Shown here piece after piece: positions 1 through 9,228 of a DNA stretch of 57,537 nt. The position numbers were made by a program, and so were the translations under genes. Below the pieces are notes generated by a model. The model did no database searches. It was given only the letters and a program-made list of their open reading frames with translations, and was not told where the DNA came from. Positions within the stretch are counted from its first letter, which is position 1. Each line of letters starts with the position of its first letter. Source of the stretch: Candidatus Bathyarchaeota archaeon (GTDB taxonomy: Archaea; Thermoproteota; Bathyarchaeia; Bathyarchaeales; Bathyarchaeaceae); contig CP070759.1 of the NCBI GenBank assembly GCA_020348945.1, forward strand, positions 1,407,637-1,465,173. Direction: 5' to 3'.

Positions 1-146
1 AAATCTTTTGCCATATCTGGATCAACATAATACATATAGATGTATCCAGCTAACCAACCTATGAATCCACACAGAAGTGCAAGTAGATAAAAGAGATAAC
101 TTGGTCTTGAATGGACTCCCTTAGAAGGGTTTTTGATTTCAGACAA
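1..146 (-). CDS. Small membrane protein, 3'-truncated by window edge
   Basis: Manual translation from TTG at 146: MSEIKNPSKGVHSRPSYLFYLLALLCGFIGWLAGYIYMYYVDPDMAKD..., one hydrophobic helix; not in ORF track. Confidence 0.5.
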   Translation of the reverse strand, partial: MSEIKNPSKGVHSRPSYLFYLLALLCGFIGWLAGYIYMYYVDPDMAKD

Positions 147-279
147 ACCCAAAACATCCTATTCACGGTATATGTTTCCTCTCTCCTTAAATTATTAATG
201 CAACTTGAAATGAAATAATGGCTATTAGAAAACAGCAAACCAAACACCCTTCTTTTTTTCTGTATCAGCCAATCATTCA

Positions 280-316
280 AAGCCGTTGCTCATGTTCGCT
301 CCGCTCACATTCGCAA
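280..316. repeat. Hairpin repeat copy 1
   Basis: AAGCCGTTGCTCATGTTCGCTCCGCTCACATTCGCAA; arms TTGC/GCAA and ATGT/ACAT; similar to 876-910. Confidence 0.7.
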
Positions 317-555
317 GCACAAAACCCTCTTCTATGTTTAGTTGCCACTCCTACTTTTTCGCCTGCTTTCCTTACGCTCTCTTTTTATGAGCTATCCAGA
401 AATTATGCCGACTAAAGCGTCCACACTGAGTATGAAGAAGCTTGAAAATGCATGCGGAAAAGTTATAACAAAACAGAAAGAATAACTACAATTGAGTAAA
501 ATGAGACTTTTGTACAATATTGCGTTGGATGGTCTTACTGGTTGTGTCTGTTAAG

Positions 556-852
556 GTGAAAAAAGTAGTAGCTTATGTGTTGATGAGAGTAGAACATGGT
601 GCCAACGAAGAGGTTCTCGAAGATCTCGGACAGATCGAAGAGGTCACAGAATCTTCTAGGGTGTTTGGGGAATTCGACATCCACTGCAAAGTAGAAGCGG
701 ACGATATTGATAAACTGGCGGAAGTAGTAGGAAAAATCAGAGAACTTAAAGTCATAACTACAGAAACTCTTGTCACTCATAAAAGAAGAATAAAAAGGCT
801 TTCAAATAGACGACACAAGGAAATCAGGAGAACTCGAACTCCAAGAGATTAA
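556..852 (+). CDS. Stand-alone Lrp/AsnC ligand-binding (RAM) domain protein with basic C-terminal tail
   Basis: AYVLMRVEHG...VFGEFDIHCKVEADDIDKL...TETLV motif; GTG at 556 preferred over ORF-track start 520. Confidence 0.8.
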   Translation: MKKVVAYVLMRVEHGANEEVLEDLGQIEEVTESSRVFGEFDIHCKVEADDIDKLAEVVGKIRELKVITTETLVTHKRRIKRLSNRRHKEIRRTRTPRD

Positions 853-875
853 AAGAAGAAGATTAAAATTTAACC

Positions 876-910
876 AAGCCGTTGCTCAGGTCGCTTCGCT
901 CCATTCGCAA
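876..910. repeat. Hairpin repeat copy 2
   Basis: AAGCCGTTGCTCAGGTCGCTTCGCTCCATTCGCAA; same orientation as copy 1. Confidence 0.7.
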
Positions 911-925
911 CAAACACAAAAACAC

Positions 926-1084
926 CTAACGACCATTCAAACGCATAAATGCATCACGAACATTAGTAATACTCATATTCACAGGAAACCTAGGACAAAC
1001 CCAATAAACAACCTCATTACCACGCACATAATCAACCACCTTGCAACCCACAAAATTCTCACTCTCAAAATGTTTGCCATCCAC
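926..1084 (-). CDS. Small hypothetical ORF or 5'-truncated gene remnant (52 aa)
   Basis: Manual translation VDGKHFESENFVGCKVVDYVRGNEVVYWVCPRFPVNMSITNVRDAFMRLNGR*; strong T at third codon positions. Confidence 0.35.
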   Translation of the reverse strand: MDGKHFESENFVGCKVVDYVRGNEVVYWVCPRFPVNMSITNVRDAFMRLNGR

Positions 1085-1195
1085 AACTCCAAGAAGAGAT
1101 TTAGCCTTTTTTTTACGAGTGAAAGCGTGTTAAACTCGGTTGAAGCAAAGAATATTTCTTAAGCTAAAGCACAACTAATATTCTGTGGTGAGTGG

Positions 1196-1378
1196 TTGAA
1201 CCGCGAAAAACTAACTCCAGAAGAAAAAGTGAATTTAACGATAACCATGGTGGACACATGCGTTAGCATCTGCGCAGACGGCATTAAAGACCACGATAAA
1301 ACTATCAAAGACAAAAAGCTCATAGAGAAACTTAGAGCCAGAATCACCCTTAATAAGCGACGTCACCCCGAGGTTTAA
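1196..1378 (+). CDS. Small hypothetical protein, likely partner of a nucleotidyltransferase (TA-like pair)
   Basis: 60 aa, KLTPEEKVNL...CADGIK pattern; followed after 3 nt by an NTase-like N-terminal stub. Confidence 0.55.
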   Translation: MNREKLTPEEKVNLTITMVDTCVSICADGIKDHDKTIKDKKLIEKLRARITLNKRRHPEV

Positions 1379-1381
1379 AAA

Positions 1382-1450
1382 CTGGACAAATTCGAGGACT
1401 TCATCAGAAGAATCGCCAACGTTTTAAACAACGCTGAAATCAACCTTTAA
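1382..1450 (+). pseudogene. Truncated N-terminus of a probable nucleotidyltransferase
   Basis: (L)DKFEDFIRRIANVLNNAEINL*: resembles the helix preceding the hhGG motif of NTase toxins; stops before the motif. Confidence 0.4.
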
Positions 1451-1540
1451 ATTGACGAAAGACATGGTGAAGTCTGCTTTTCCTCTGTCAGCGTTCGAAG
1501 ATTTCCTCCTCTTCCAGCTCTTTACCCTATCTTCTCCTTC

Positions 1541-1939
1541 TCACTTGAGACTAGCCAAACTCATCACGTGATTCAACAAATCCTCCACGAAAAACAACGC
1601 AATCTTCCCATCAGAAGTAATGTCGTACACCCTTCTCGGCCTTCCGTTCCGAAACTCAAATCTGCTCTCCAAATATCCCTTCTTTTCGAAACTTGAAAGC
1701 AGCGGATAAAGAGTGGATGGAGCTGGATAGTACCCGTAAAGCTTTTTGACAGCGGAAAGGATGCCATAGCCATGCATGGACTGGTTCTTCAACAACCGCA
1801 AGACCAAATAGTCCAATAGACCTCTGAGCTTTTCCATCTGGAGGCTTCTTAACTCCGCCTTGAGGAGCCATGTTCCAATTTCTTTCCTACTTCTTCCTTC
1901 TTCTCCCCTCATTTCCAATTTGAAAAACCTCGCATACAT
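1541..1939 (-). CDS. PadR family transcriptional regulator
   Basis: LVLRLL...MHGYGI...STLYPLLSSFEKKGYL...GRPRRVYDITSDG; true start may be downstream of 1939. Confidence 0.9.
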   Translation of the reverse strand: MYARFFKLEMRGEEGRSRKEIGTWLLKAELRSLQMEKLRGLLDYLVLRLLKNQSMHGYGILSAVKKLYGYYPAPSTLYPLLSSFEKKGYLESRFEFRNGRPRRVYDITSDGKIALFFVEDLLNHVMSLASLK

Positions 1940-1949
1940 ATTAGGTATC

Positions 1950-1974
1950 TTGTCACTAAAAAACTTTGTGACAA
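1950..1974. promoter_or_regulatory. Inverted repeat TTGTCAC-N11-GTGACAA, candidate operator
   Basis: Perfect 7-bp arms in the divergent padR/abrB intergenic region. Confidence 0.4.
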
Positions 1975-2133
1975 AATACTATAAGGTTCTACTAGAAGTT
2001 TGTACCATCAGACAAAAATAACAAAAAACACAAAGTTACGCAGGAAGTTTATGCCAGCCTGTACAAAAAGCTAATAAGTAGTAAACTACAAAGGCACCGA
2101 GGAAACCAAAAAAACCCGAGGAGAACCAACCCG

Positions 2134-2307
2134 ATGGCCCGCAAATTAGAGCTAGTAAAAATGTTTAGCGGCGGAAAAGTCACAATTCCACGAAGCATCA
2201 GAAAAATGCTTCGCCTTCAAGACGGTGACTACCTTGCAGTAACCGTAGATGAAAACAAATCGAAAATAATCTACTTTCAGGTTAGCATAAAGCCCGCTAA
2301 ACCATAG
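2134..2307 (+). CDS. AbrB/MazE/SpoVT family DNA-binding protein (57 aa)
   Basis: Manual translation MARKLELVKMFSGGKVTIPRSIRKMLRLQDGDYLAVTVDENKSKIIYFQVSIKPAKP*; GKVTIP..IR..L...GD motif; GAGGAG upstream; below ORF-track cut-off. Confidence 0.85.
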   Translation: MARKLELVKMFSGGKVTIPRSIRKMLRLQDGDYLAVTVDENKSKIIYFQVSIKPAKP

Positions 2308-2410
2308 CTCCATACCTCACATGTTTCAACTTCACATCTCAACCGCTATCACAGCTTATACTATAGCGGCTCAAACTAGAAGCAATGCTCCAAGAACAGA
2401 GTCCCAACGC

Positions 2411-2932
2411 TCAGATGGGAACGAAAAGTTTTTGCAACTCCACTACCTCACTACTATTTCTCGCCCTAGCATAACTGTCCAAAAGCTCCTTGTTCATCGT
2501 GATGAAGTGTAGTCCCCACTTGAAAATGGAAAGCAAACGTTCAGCCTTCTCCCCAAAACCTGCAATGTACAGGGCTGCAGCCAAAGCCTCCACCGTGCTC
2601 AATTTAGTAGGTACACCATAATTAACAGGATTAACAGCAATCAAATACGGCAAGCAACGAGAAACCCTACGCACAGAAAGCTCAAACACATCGTCTGCAT
2701 GTATCCAACTACAGTCTACAGCCGATAAACCTCGCCTCTCCAGTCTTTCACGATCCGCTGGGGAGAACGCCCTCTCAGAAAACGGGTCTAATATAACTGA
2801 TCCTAGAGGCAACCGCTTGACTTTATGGGTCACTCTGACAAAATGATGACGCTTAAGCTTCAGCGTAGTACACTTCTTTGGGTCACACTGCCGTGCGTGA
2901 TACACCCATATCTTAACGTCCTCACCATGCAC
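2411..2932 (-). CDS. tsr3: 16S rRNA aminocarboxypropyltransferase Tsr3 (DUF367)
   Basis: QCDPKKCT, VDCSW, R.LPYLIA.NPVNYG.PTKLSTVEALAAALYI, FKWG motifs. Confidence 0.95.
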   Translation of the reverse strand: MHGEDVKIWVYHARQCDPKKCTTLKLKRHHFVRVTHKVKRLPLGSVILDPFSERAFSPADRERLERRGLSAVDCSWIHADDVFELSVRRVSRCLPYLIAVNPVNYGVPTKLSTVEALAAALYIAGFGEKAERLLSIFKWGLHFITMNKELLDSYARARNSSEVVELQKLFVPI

Positions 2933-4442
2933 TCTTCCGCACCCTTACATGAGACATCGGATCATCCATAACCTTCGGAATCCATTCAAGAATGTCCGTG
3001 GAAACCATGTGAAAACCCTTCTCCTCTTGCACAAAATCTCCAACAGCTCCATTAATGAATGCACCTGCCACCGCAGCCTCAAAGGGGTCAACTCCCTGCG
3101 CCAAGAAAGCTCCCACAATCCCGCTTAGAGTATCACCCGTTCCTCCCACAGTCATTCCAGGATTACCCGTGAAGTTAAATTTCACCCGTTTTCCATCAGA
3201 AACCACATCCACGTTTCCCTTCAACAACATTACAGCACCAAACTTTCTGGCAGCCTTCTGCACTTCAGTCGCCCTCTTCTCCAAGTCCTTAGGTGGCTCC
3301 TTTCCAGTTAAAATTCGAAATTCACCAGCGTGAGGCGTCAACACAAGAGACAAACATGTCTTCCGTTTAAACTCGGCAAAAGCCTTGAGCCCATCTGCGT
3401 CCAGCAACAACGGAATCTCTGCTTTCTCCACGGCTTCCATAATCTCCTTCACCGTGTCTCTAGTTTCCTCGTGCAGTCCTAGCCCTGGCCCCATCACAAC
3501 CGCGGTCGTCGTCTCCAAATAACGTTTGACTACAGAAACATTGCGGGAGTTAAGATGGTCTCCCTCCAGCTTTATAGTGATCAAGTTTGGAGACATGGAG
3601 GATATGGCATAGGCTGTTCTATGCGGAGCCGCAATGTAGGCAAGGTCCACTCCTGCCCAGAGAGCCGCTAAAGCTACCAAGGCTGGAGCACCTGAAAACA
3701 CTTCACTTCCACCCACCACTAGAAGCTTGCCAAAATCTCCCTTGTGAGCTTCAGGGACACGGGGCTTAGCAACCAGTGAAATGTCGCCGGGACCAGCGAA
3801 CCGTTCAAACTCTGGTGGCACTCCTATGTCTCTCAAAACCAGTTCTCCCGTGTATTTTTTGGCTTTGAGCAGTCCTGGTTTCACCTTGTGAAATGTGACT
3901 GTGAGATCGGCTTTAACAGCTTCGCCTAAAGTGTCACCTGAATCCGCGTTGATTCCAGTGGGCACATCCACCGAAACACGAAAAGCCTTCGTTTCATTGA
4001 TCTTTTTCACCAACTGCATAACGGGTGGACGTAAGGCTCCCTTTAATCCTATGCCGAGTAAAGCGTCCACCAGAACCTCGGCTTCAATGGTTGAGATAAG
4101 CGACGAATCGTAAACCTCGTGGAGCGCAACAATGTTTCTTAAGGGTTGTAGAGCAAACCAGTTCTTTCGAGCCTCCTCGTCCAGAATGTTCGCAGGCTTT
4201 CCAGCCAGCATCACTTCCACACGGAAACCTAAGCTGTTGAGGTGGCGAGCCGCAACAAAGCCGTCTCCTCCGTTTCCGCCCAAGCCACATAAAACAGTGA
4301 CCCTTGTTTTGTCGGGTTTGAAACGTGAAGATATCTCGGCGGCAATCCTTTGTCCCGCGTTTTCCATTAGTTGCAGTCTCGAAACGCCGAAGTACTCAGA
4401 GTTCAACTCTAGGGCGCGCATCTCCCTACTCGATATAGTCAT
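2922..4442 (-). CDS. nnr: Bifunctional NAD(P)H-hydrate epimerase/dehydratase (YjeF)
   Basis: LMENAG, GNGGDG, DALLGIG, HKGDFG, DADGL, LTPHAGEF, GGTGDTLSG. Confidence 0.95.
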   Translation of the reverse strand: MTISSREMRALELNSEYFGVSRLQLMENAGQRIAAEISSRFKPDKTRVTVLCGLGGNGGDGFVAARHLNSLGFRVEVMLAGKPANILDEEARKNWFALQPLRNIVALHEVYDSSLISTIEAEVLVDALLGIGLKGALRPPVMQLVKKINETKAFRVSVDVPTGINADSGDTLGEAVKADLTVTFHKVKPGLLKAKKYTGELVLRDIGVPPEFERFAGPGDISLVAKPRVPEAHKGDFGKLLVVGGSEVFSGAPALVALAALWAGVDLAYIAAPHRTAYAISSMSPNLITIKLEGDHLNSRNVSVVKRYLETTTAVVMGPGLGLHEETRDTVKEIMEAVEKAEIPLLLDADGLKAFAEFKRKTCLSLVLTPHAGEFRILTGKEPPKDLEKRATEVQKAARKFGAVMLLKGNVDVVSDGKRVKFNFTGNPGMTVGGTGDTLSGIVGAFLAQGVDPFEAAVAGAFINGAVGDFVQEEKGFHMVSTDILEWIPKVMDDPMSHVRVRKSAW

Positions 4443-4507
4443 CTCTTAGTCCACCTTTTTTTCCTCTTACAGTGGTCAGTGAAATATTCTATGGGGGCAA
4501 CACGGTG

Positions 4508-5623
4508 CTAGGACTTTGCAAGTTTTACCCAAGACAGGACTTCTTCAACGGTTGGTTTTTCGTCTTCAGTGATCTTTCCTTCTTCCACATAGGTTTTGGC
4601 GATTTCTCTTACTTTTCCGCTGAGTTGAATTGGGTCTTGCTCAGCTAGCTCTCTTATGGTGAAAACTTCTGCTTCTTTAAGTAGCTCTGCATCGTTTTCG
4701 TCGACTCCTGGAATCATCTGTAGCTGAGCTGTTGCTTGCAGATGTTTAGCCATGTCTTGTGACACCCGGGTTTTTTCGGCGATGACCGCGGGGTCTGTGG
4801 TGACAAGTTCTGCCACGCTTGTTATTCCTATGGCCTTGAATTCTTTTGCTAGACGGGGTCCGATTCCTCTTACGTCTTCTGGTTTGTCTAGGCTTGTTAA
4901 CTTTGGTTGAGGCGGTTTAAACTCCTCCATCTTTTCCAGTCTAGTTCTCATGTCAATTAGCTCTGCCATCTGTTTCTCCATCGTTTCAGCACTCTGCTTG
5001 TTTAGTCGCTCCACTTTTTGTATCGCTCTTCGCTGTTTTCCCAGCGCAGCCAACGTTTCTTGTTTAACGTTGCTAACGTTTGTGTCAATTGCAGAGCGCA
5101 ACTCTTCACGAACACTTTGAATGGTTTTCCACTGTTCTTCCAGCCCGTCCATTATTTCTTTTCTAGCCGTACCGAGGAGTTTTTCACTGGCCTTTTTGTT
5201 GCCGTCCAGTCCTTCGAGCATGTCCATCCGTACGGTTTCCAATGTATTTTTGTTTTCTTCCAAGCCTTCTTTCAGTGTCTTTCGGTTAGCCGTCAAATTT
5301 CCATCTAGTTTGACAAACATCCTGACTAGGGCTGGGTCCAATGGTGGTTTGCGGGTTGCAACGATGGCGGTTAAACCTAGAAAGACGAATGTTAGTGCCG
5401 TTGATACCCAGAAGTAGCTTATCGCTTGTATTTCTCGCGTTCCCACTATGTTTTGTGTTATGTCGCTTATGACATAGATTTGAATGGGCGAGACAGTGTA
5501 TTGGAGTGCTCCTAGCATTACCGCGTTAAGTGTGTTTAAGGCTGCCAGAAAGGTTAGGAAACTCAGTATCCACAACGTTATTCCTTTCTTAAAGTAAACC
5601 GACATTACAGATACCTCTCTCAT
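4508..5623 (-). CDS. Membrane-anchored coiled-coil protein with C-terminal DUF4332/helix-hairpin-helix region
   Basis: Two N-terminal hydrophobic helices, long heptad region, then DVRGIGP and QMIPGVDE HhH-like motifs and WVKLAK end. Confidence 0.75.
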   Translation of the reverse strand: MREVSVMSVYFKKGITLWILSFLTFLAALNTLNAVMLGALQYTVSPIQIYVISDITQNIVGTREIQAISYFWVSTALTFVFLGLTAIVATRKPPLDPALVRMFVKLDGNLTANRKTLKEGLEENKNTLETVRMDMLEGLDGNKKASEKLLGTARKEIMDGLEEQWKTIQSVREELRSAIDTNVSNVKQETLAALGKQRRAIQKVERLNKQSAETMEKQMAELIDMRTRLEKMEEFKPPQPKLTSLDKPEDVRGIGPRLAKEFKAIGITSVAELVTTDPAVIAEKTRVSQDMAKHLQATAQLQMIPGVDENDAELLKEAEVFTIRELAEQDPIQLSGKVREIAKTYVEEGKITEDEKPTVEEVLSWVKLAKS

Positions 5624-5811
5624 TGCCTATTAGGTTGAGCGCTTATGTTATTTATGATTTTAGCGTCAAATTGAGTTTCAAACTCTGTAGTCAATGCAAT
5701 TCTTACAGAAAACTATCTAAAGCATCCATGGAGATGTCCCCCCGCAAAACCCCTTTTTTCTGTTTTCAGATGCATTCTGTTTGGGTTGTGCAGAATCTGC
5801 TTCGATGCTGT

Positions 5812-8800
5812 CTACCATGCTCTTTCTCCGAAGTTGTCCACCAAGATGAAAAAGTCGTCGGCAACAACTCTGCCGCTGTCGTCGAAGTCGCAGTTCGGGT
5901 TCCAGTTGGAGTCTCCAGGCCTGCTTCCAAAGGCATCTACCAGAAGGAAGAAGTCGTCGGCAACAACCCAGCCGCTGCCGTCGGCGTCGCCCGCAATCGT
6001 GACTACAATCCAGCCGTCGATGAGAGTGTTGTCAACTATGTCGGTTTCACCTTCGAGTATAGTAGCATTAGCGCTTATGGTGCAGTTGCCATATGGAACG
6101 CCAGTCGTGTTCCATGTTAGGGCGATGGTTGTGGAGTTTCCGCTTGAAAGGGTGATGTTTGTAAGTGTGGCGATGATGGTTGTGTTGGCATAAGTGGTTA
6201 CATTGAAGTTTTCGGTGAAGTCGCCTTGGTTCTCAACAGTAACATTGAGCGACATTGTGAAGTTTTGGCTCACAACTGTTTTGGAAGCTGTCACGTTCGT
6301 TACTGACATGTCGACGACTGCGTATTGAATGGTTATTTCGTGGGTGCTGAGGGTGAACTCGAAGTAAATGAAATAGTGAGTTCCATTGGAAGTGATTATT
6401 GGGAATGGGGGTGGAGTAAGTGGAGGACCATGATCTACCTTTACTTGGATGTTTGTTGTGTTAATCATCGGGAAGGTAACGTTAATCCAACCAGTCGATC
6501 CTGAGGGTCCCGAAACATCAAAATGAAGAATGTTTTTTCTGACAACAGCTTTGGTTATATTCACGTTGCCTTCAATAGTTGCATTTCCATCGCTAGGAAT
6601 AGGTATGTCGACGCGCACGCGAGCGAAGTAGCCGTGTTGTACATGGTTGGGCATGTCCCATTCGTGAACGATGTCATAGCCGTATCCAAATAGTTTGGTT
6701 TCGGGTCCAAGGGTTATGTGTGACTCTCCTGTGCCAACTACTTTAAAGGTCACGTTGGCTAGAGTTCCTGGACCATTCGTTACGGGAACTGTTTCACCGA
6801 AGGAAAGGAAGAATGCACCTGCCGATAGTATGCCAGTGGTGTTGTCGATGATTTCTTGCAGCCAAAAGGCTGACGGATCTTTGGCTGTAGTGATGAGGTC
6901 TCCGTTGGTGACTTCTACGCCGTGCAAGACATCAGGGTTGTAAGTTAGGGAGAATTGCCAACCCCAAATGTCACTTCCGTTGTAATCCGTATAAATAGAG
7001 ACTGTGAAATTTTCGCCTATCTGCAACGTTGGATCCACGATGGTCTCAGGGACAACCATAATGGCTGGATATTCAACGTCGTAGTCTCTAAGCTCGGTCA
7101 CGCCAACTTTTTTGTATGAGTAATATCTTCCGAAGTTATCTACCCATTTGTAGAAGTCATCTATGTCAACTAGGTCGCTGTTGTCAAAGTCTGGATCTAC
7201 GTCCTGGCCTGGTTCAAACCATATTTGTCCTGTCGTTTTGCCGAAACATTCCCTCCATATGTAGAAGTCGTATATGCCAACGAATCCGCTAAAGTCTGCG
7301 TCGCCCACAGGTCCCTTCGTGTAGTCGGTGCCCACTTGGGAGTAATACCACATTTCCATGTATTTTATCGCTTGAGTGATGTTGGTTTGGTAAGGTTGAA
7401 GATTGTCGTTGTAGAGGTGGACTGTCTCGTTGCTTTCGTCAGTGTAGTAGTGGGCGTCAACGATGGGGGTTAACCCTCGATATGCGGTTTCGATGCCCCA
7501 GTCTGGCAGTATGTTGTCGAATATGTGTTCGTAGTCAATGGCATGGGCTATAGCCTGTCTTACATATCTGTTGCTGAGGACTGTGTGATCAAGGTTGAAG
7601 AAGAGGAGATTGCTCGCAGACCTGTCATATTGGAACACTCTGACGTTTGGATGAAGCGTTGAATTCGACAATGCTTGATATTCGCCCACAGATGCAGTTG
7701 AGTACTCTCCGAAATCAACGTCGTTATTTTTCAGCGCAAGAAATCTTGCGGGCGCGTCAGGTATCCACTCGAAGATGGTTTTGTTGATGTTGTATGGTCC
7801 CCAAGCAGGTGAACCCACAATGCTTTCATCGTAACCAAAGTAGAGGTCGTTCCTCTCAAACGTTGCGTGGTCGTCAACCACCAACTCGACCATTTTGAAG
7901 GGTCCTGTGACGGCGGCAAAATATGCTGGATCAGGTTCAAGAGGACCACCAGTGTTATATGGGCTATTCCTTAGCTGCTCTGGATGATCCATATACCCTC
8001 CAAGTTCGTGGAAGGGCATAATAGAACCGCCTCCCCAATCATTTGCAAGGCAAGATTTCAAGTCGATCATTGGCGCCTCGTAGTTGAGGTAGAAGTCAAC
8101 AGCCGTTTCGTTATAATATGTCACGTTCTTTATCATATTTGCGAAGTCGGCGTAGCCAGTGGATCCAGTGGCTGGGTTCAGGGTGCAAGTGTTGAAGGTA
8201 AACAGCACGTCATGTACAGTGAGGGGCTCATTGTCACTCCATTTAACGTTGTCCCTAATGACAACTCTCGCCTTCTTCTTGTTCCCAGTTCCATCGGGGT
8301 CAATGATCGGGTCGATAGCTGCTATATCAGGAACAATGTCCCAGTCTTGAGGAGCAACTTCGCTCCCATCCATGTACTTGTACCATTCACTATCCTTGAT
8401 GGTCCACTTGTACAAGGGTCTCCACAACTGAGCCCACATTTTCTCTTCTGTGTAAGACTCCGTGTAAAACGGGAGCAGAGCCCACACGGACTCAGTAACA
8501 GCGTATATAGTTGTGTTTGCTCCAACCGCTAGCCGATCCACGTTCGTCACAACGTTGTTGAATTTTGTCGCGTTAACGGTCAGGTGCGAAACGTCGTACC
8601 ACTCTACCATCGGATTGTAGCCAGAAATGTAGGAACCCATTGCGTCATAGACCCTAGGGTTGTAAACGTTGACCGCGGGAGGATCGTGTAAGAACCATTC
8701 CTGCCACCTCCAGAGGTACTGTTTCTTTTGCAGCGCATCGGATGCCTGTATTCCGCTCCGAAGAAGTACATCAGCCCCTGTGTTGTTCCAATGGAAAATG

Positions 8801-9228
8801 TTATTGCCCCCTTCGGGAGGCGTCATGTTGGCGGTAAACAGTGACTCAAGCCGGGGGACAAGGGCGTGAGGTTGCAACCGCCATTCGAGCATGGTTACGT
8901 CCCATCCTCCATTTTGGTGAGTCTTGTTCCAACCTATATCCCAAACACGACTCCACCAAGAATAAGCGTCAGTCGTGAAAGATGTGTCAAGGGTTATGCC
9001 AATCTCTGAAAGGTTAGATTTAACGACTTCCCAAAGATCATTATAACCACCATAATATCCCCAATAGGGATTATCAGTTTTCGTCGCGACAAGCGTGAGT
9101 GGTTCCCAGGGAAACGCCGGGTCTGCCTTCGTTGGCATCACCACAACTCCGCTTCGCGCAATTGTACTAATCAGTATCAGACAAGTCAGCATCACTAAAC
9201 TATGTCTCAAAACTTTCTCAAATCTCAT
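5812..9228 (-). CDS. ABC peptide/nickel-type (family 5) substrate-binding protein fused to dockerin, cohesin, CARDB and a second dockerin
   Basis: Signal peptide; VKWSD.EPLT..DV.FTF, TGPFK, VRQAIAHAID; GDADFSG..DFDNSD dockerin; WGWQFSLTYNPDVL..GTLANVTFKV cohesin; NVTVENQG CARDB; GDADGSG..NPNCDFDDSG dockerin. Confidence 0.85.
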   Translation of the reverse strand: MRFEKVLRHSLVMLTCLILISTIARSGVVVMPTKADPAFPWEPLTLVATKTDNPYWGYYGGYNDLWEVVKSNLSEIGITLDTSFTTDAYSWWSRVWDIGWNKTHQNGGWDVTMLEWRLQPHALVPRLESLFTANMTPPEGGNNIFHWNNTGADVLLRSGIQASDALQKKQYLWRWQEWFLHDPPAVNVYNPRVYDAMGSYISGYNPMVEWYDVSHLTVNATKFNNVVTNVDRLAVGANTTIYAVTESVWALLPFYTESYTEEKMWAQLWRPLYKWTIKDSEWYKYMDGSEVAPQDWDIVPDIAAIDPIIDPDGTGNKKKARVVIRDNVKWSDNEPLTVHDVLFTFNTCTLNPATGSTGYADFANMIKNVTYYNETAVDFYLNYEAPMIDLKSCLANDWGGGSIMPFHELGGYMDHPEQLRNSPYNTGGPLEPDPAYFAAVTGPFKMVELVVDDHATFERNDLYFGYDESIVGSPAWGPYNINKTIFEWIPDAPARFLALKNNDVDFGEYSTASVGEYQALSNSTLHPNVRVFQYDRSASNLLFFNLDHTVLSNRYVRQAIAHAIDYEHIFDNILPDWGIETAYRGLTPIVDAHYYTDESNETVHLYNDNLQPYQTNITQAIKYMEMWYYSQVGTDYTKGPVGDADFSGFVGIYDFYIWRECFGKTTGQIWFEPGQDVDPDFDNSDLVDIDDFYKWVDNFGRYYSYKKVGVTELRDYDVEYPAIMVVPETIVDPTLQIGENFTVSIYTDYNGSDIWGWQFSLTYNPDVLHGVEVTNGDLITTAKDPSAFWLQEIIDNTTGILSAGAFFLSFGETVPVTNGPGTLANVTFKVVGTGESHITLGPETKLFGYGYDIVHEWDMPNHVQHGYFARVRVDIPIPSDGNATIEGNVNITKAVVRKNILHFDVSGPSGSTGWINVTFPMINTTNIQVKVDHGPPLTPPPFPIITSNGTHYFIYFEFTLSTHEITIQYAVVDMSVTNVTASKTVVSQNFTMSLNVTVENQGDFTENFNVTTYANTTIIATLTNITLSSGNSTTIALTWNTTGVPYGNCTISANATILEGETDIVDNTLIDGWIVVTIAGDADGSGWVVADDFFLLVDAFGSRPGDSNWNPNCDFDDSGRVVADDFFILVDNFGERAW

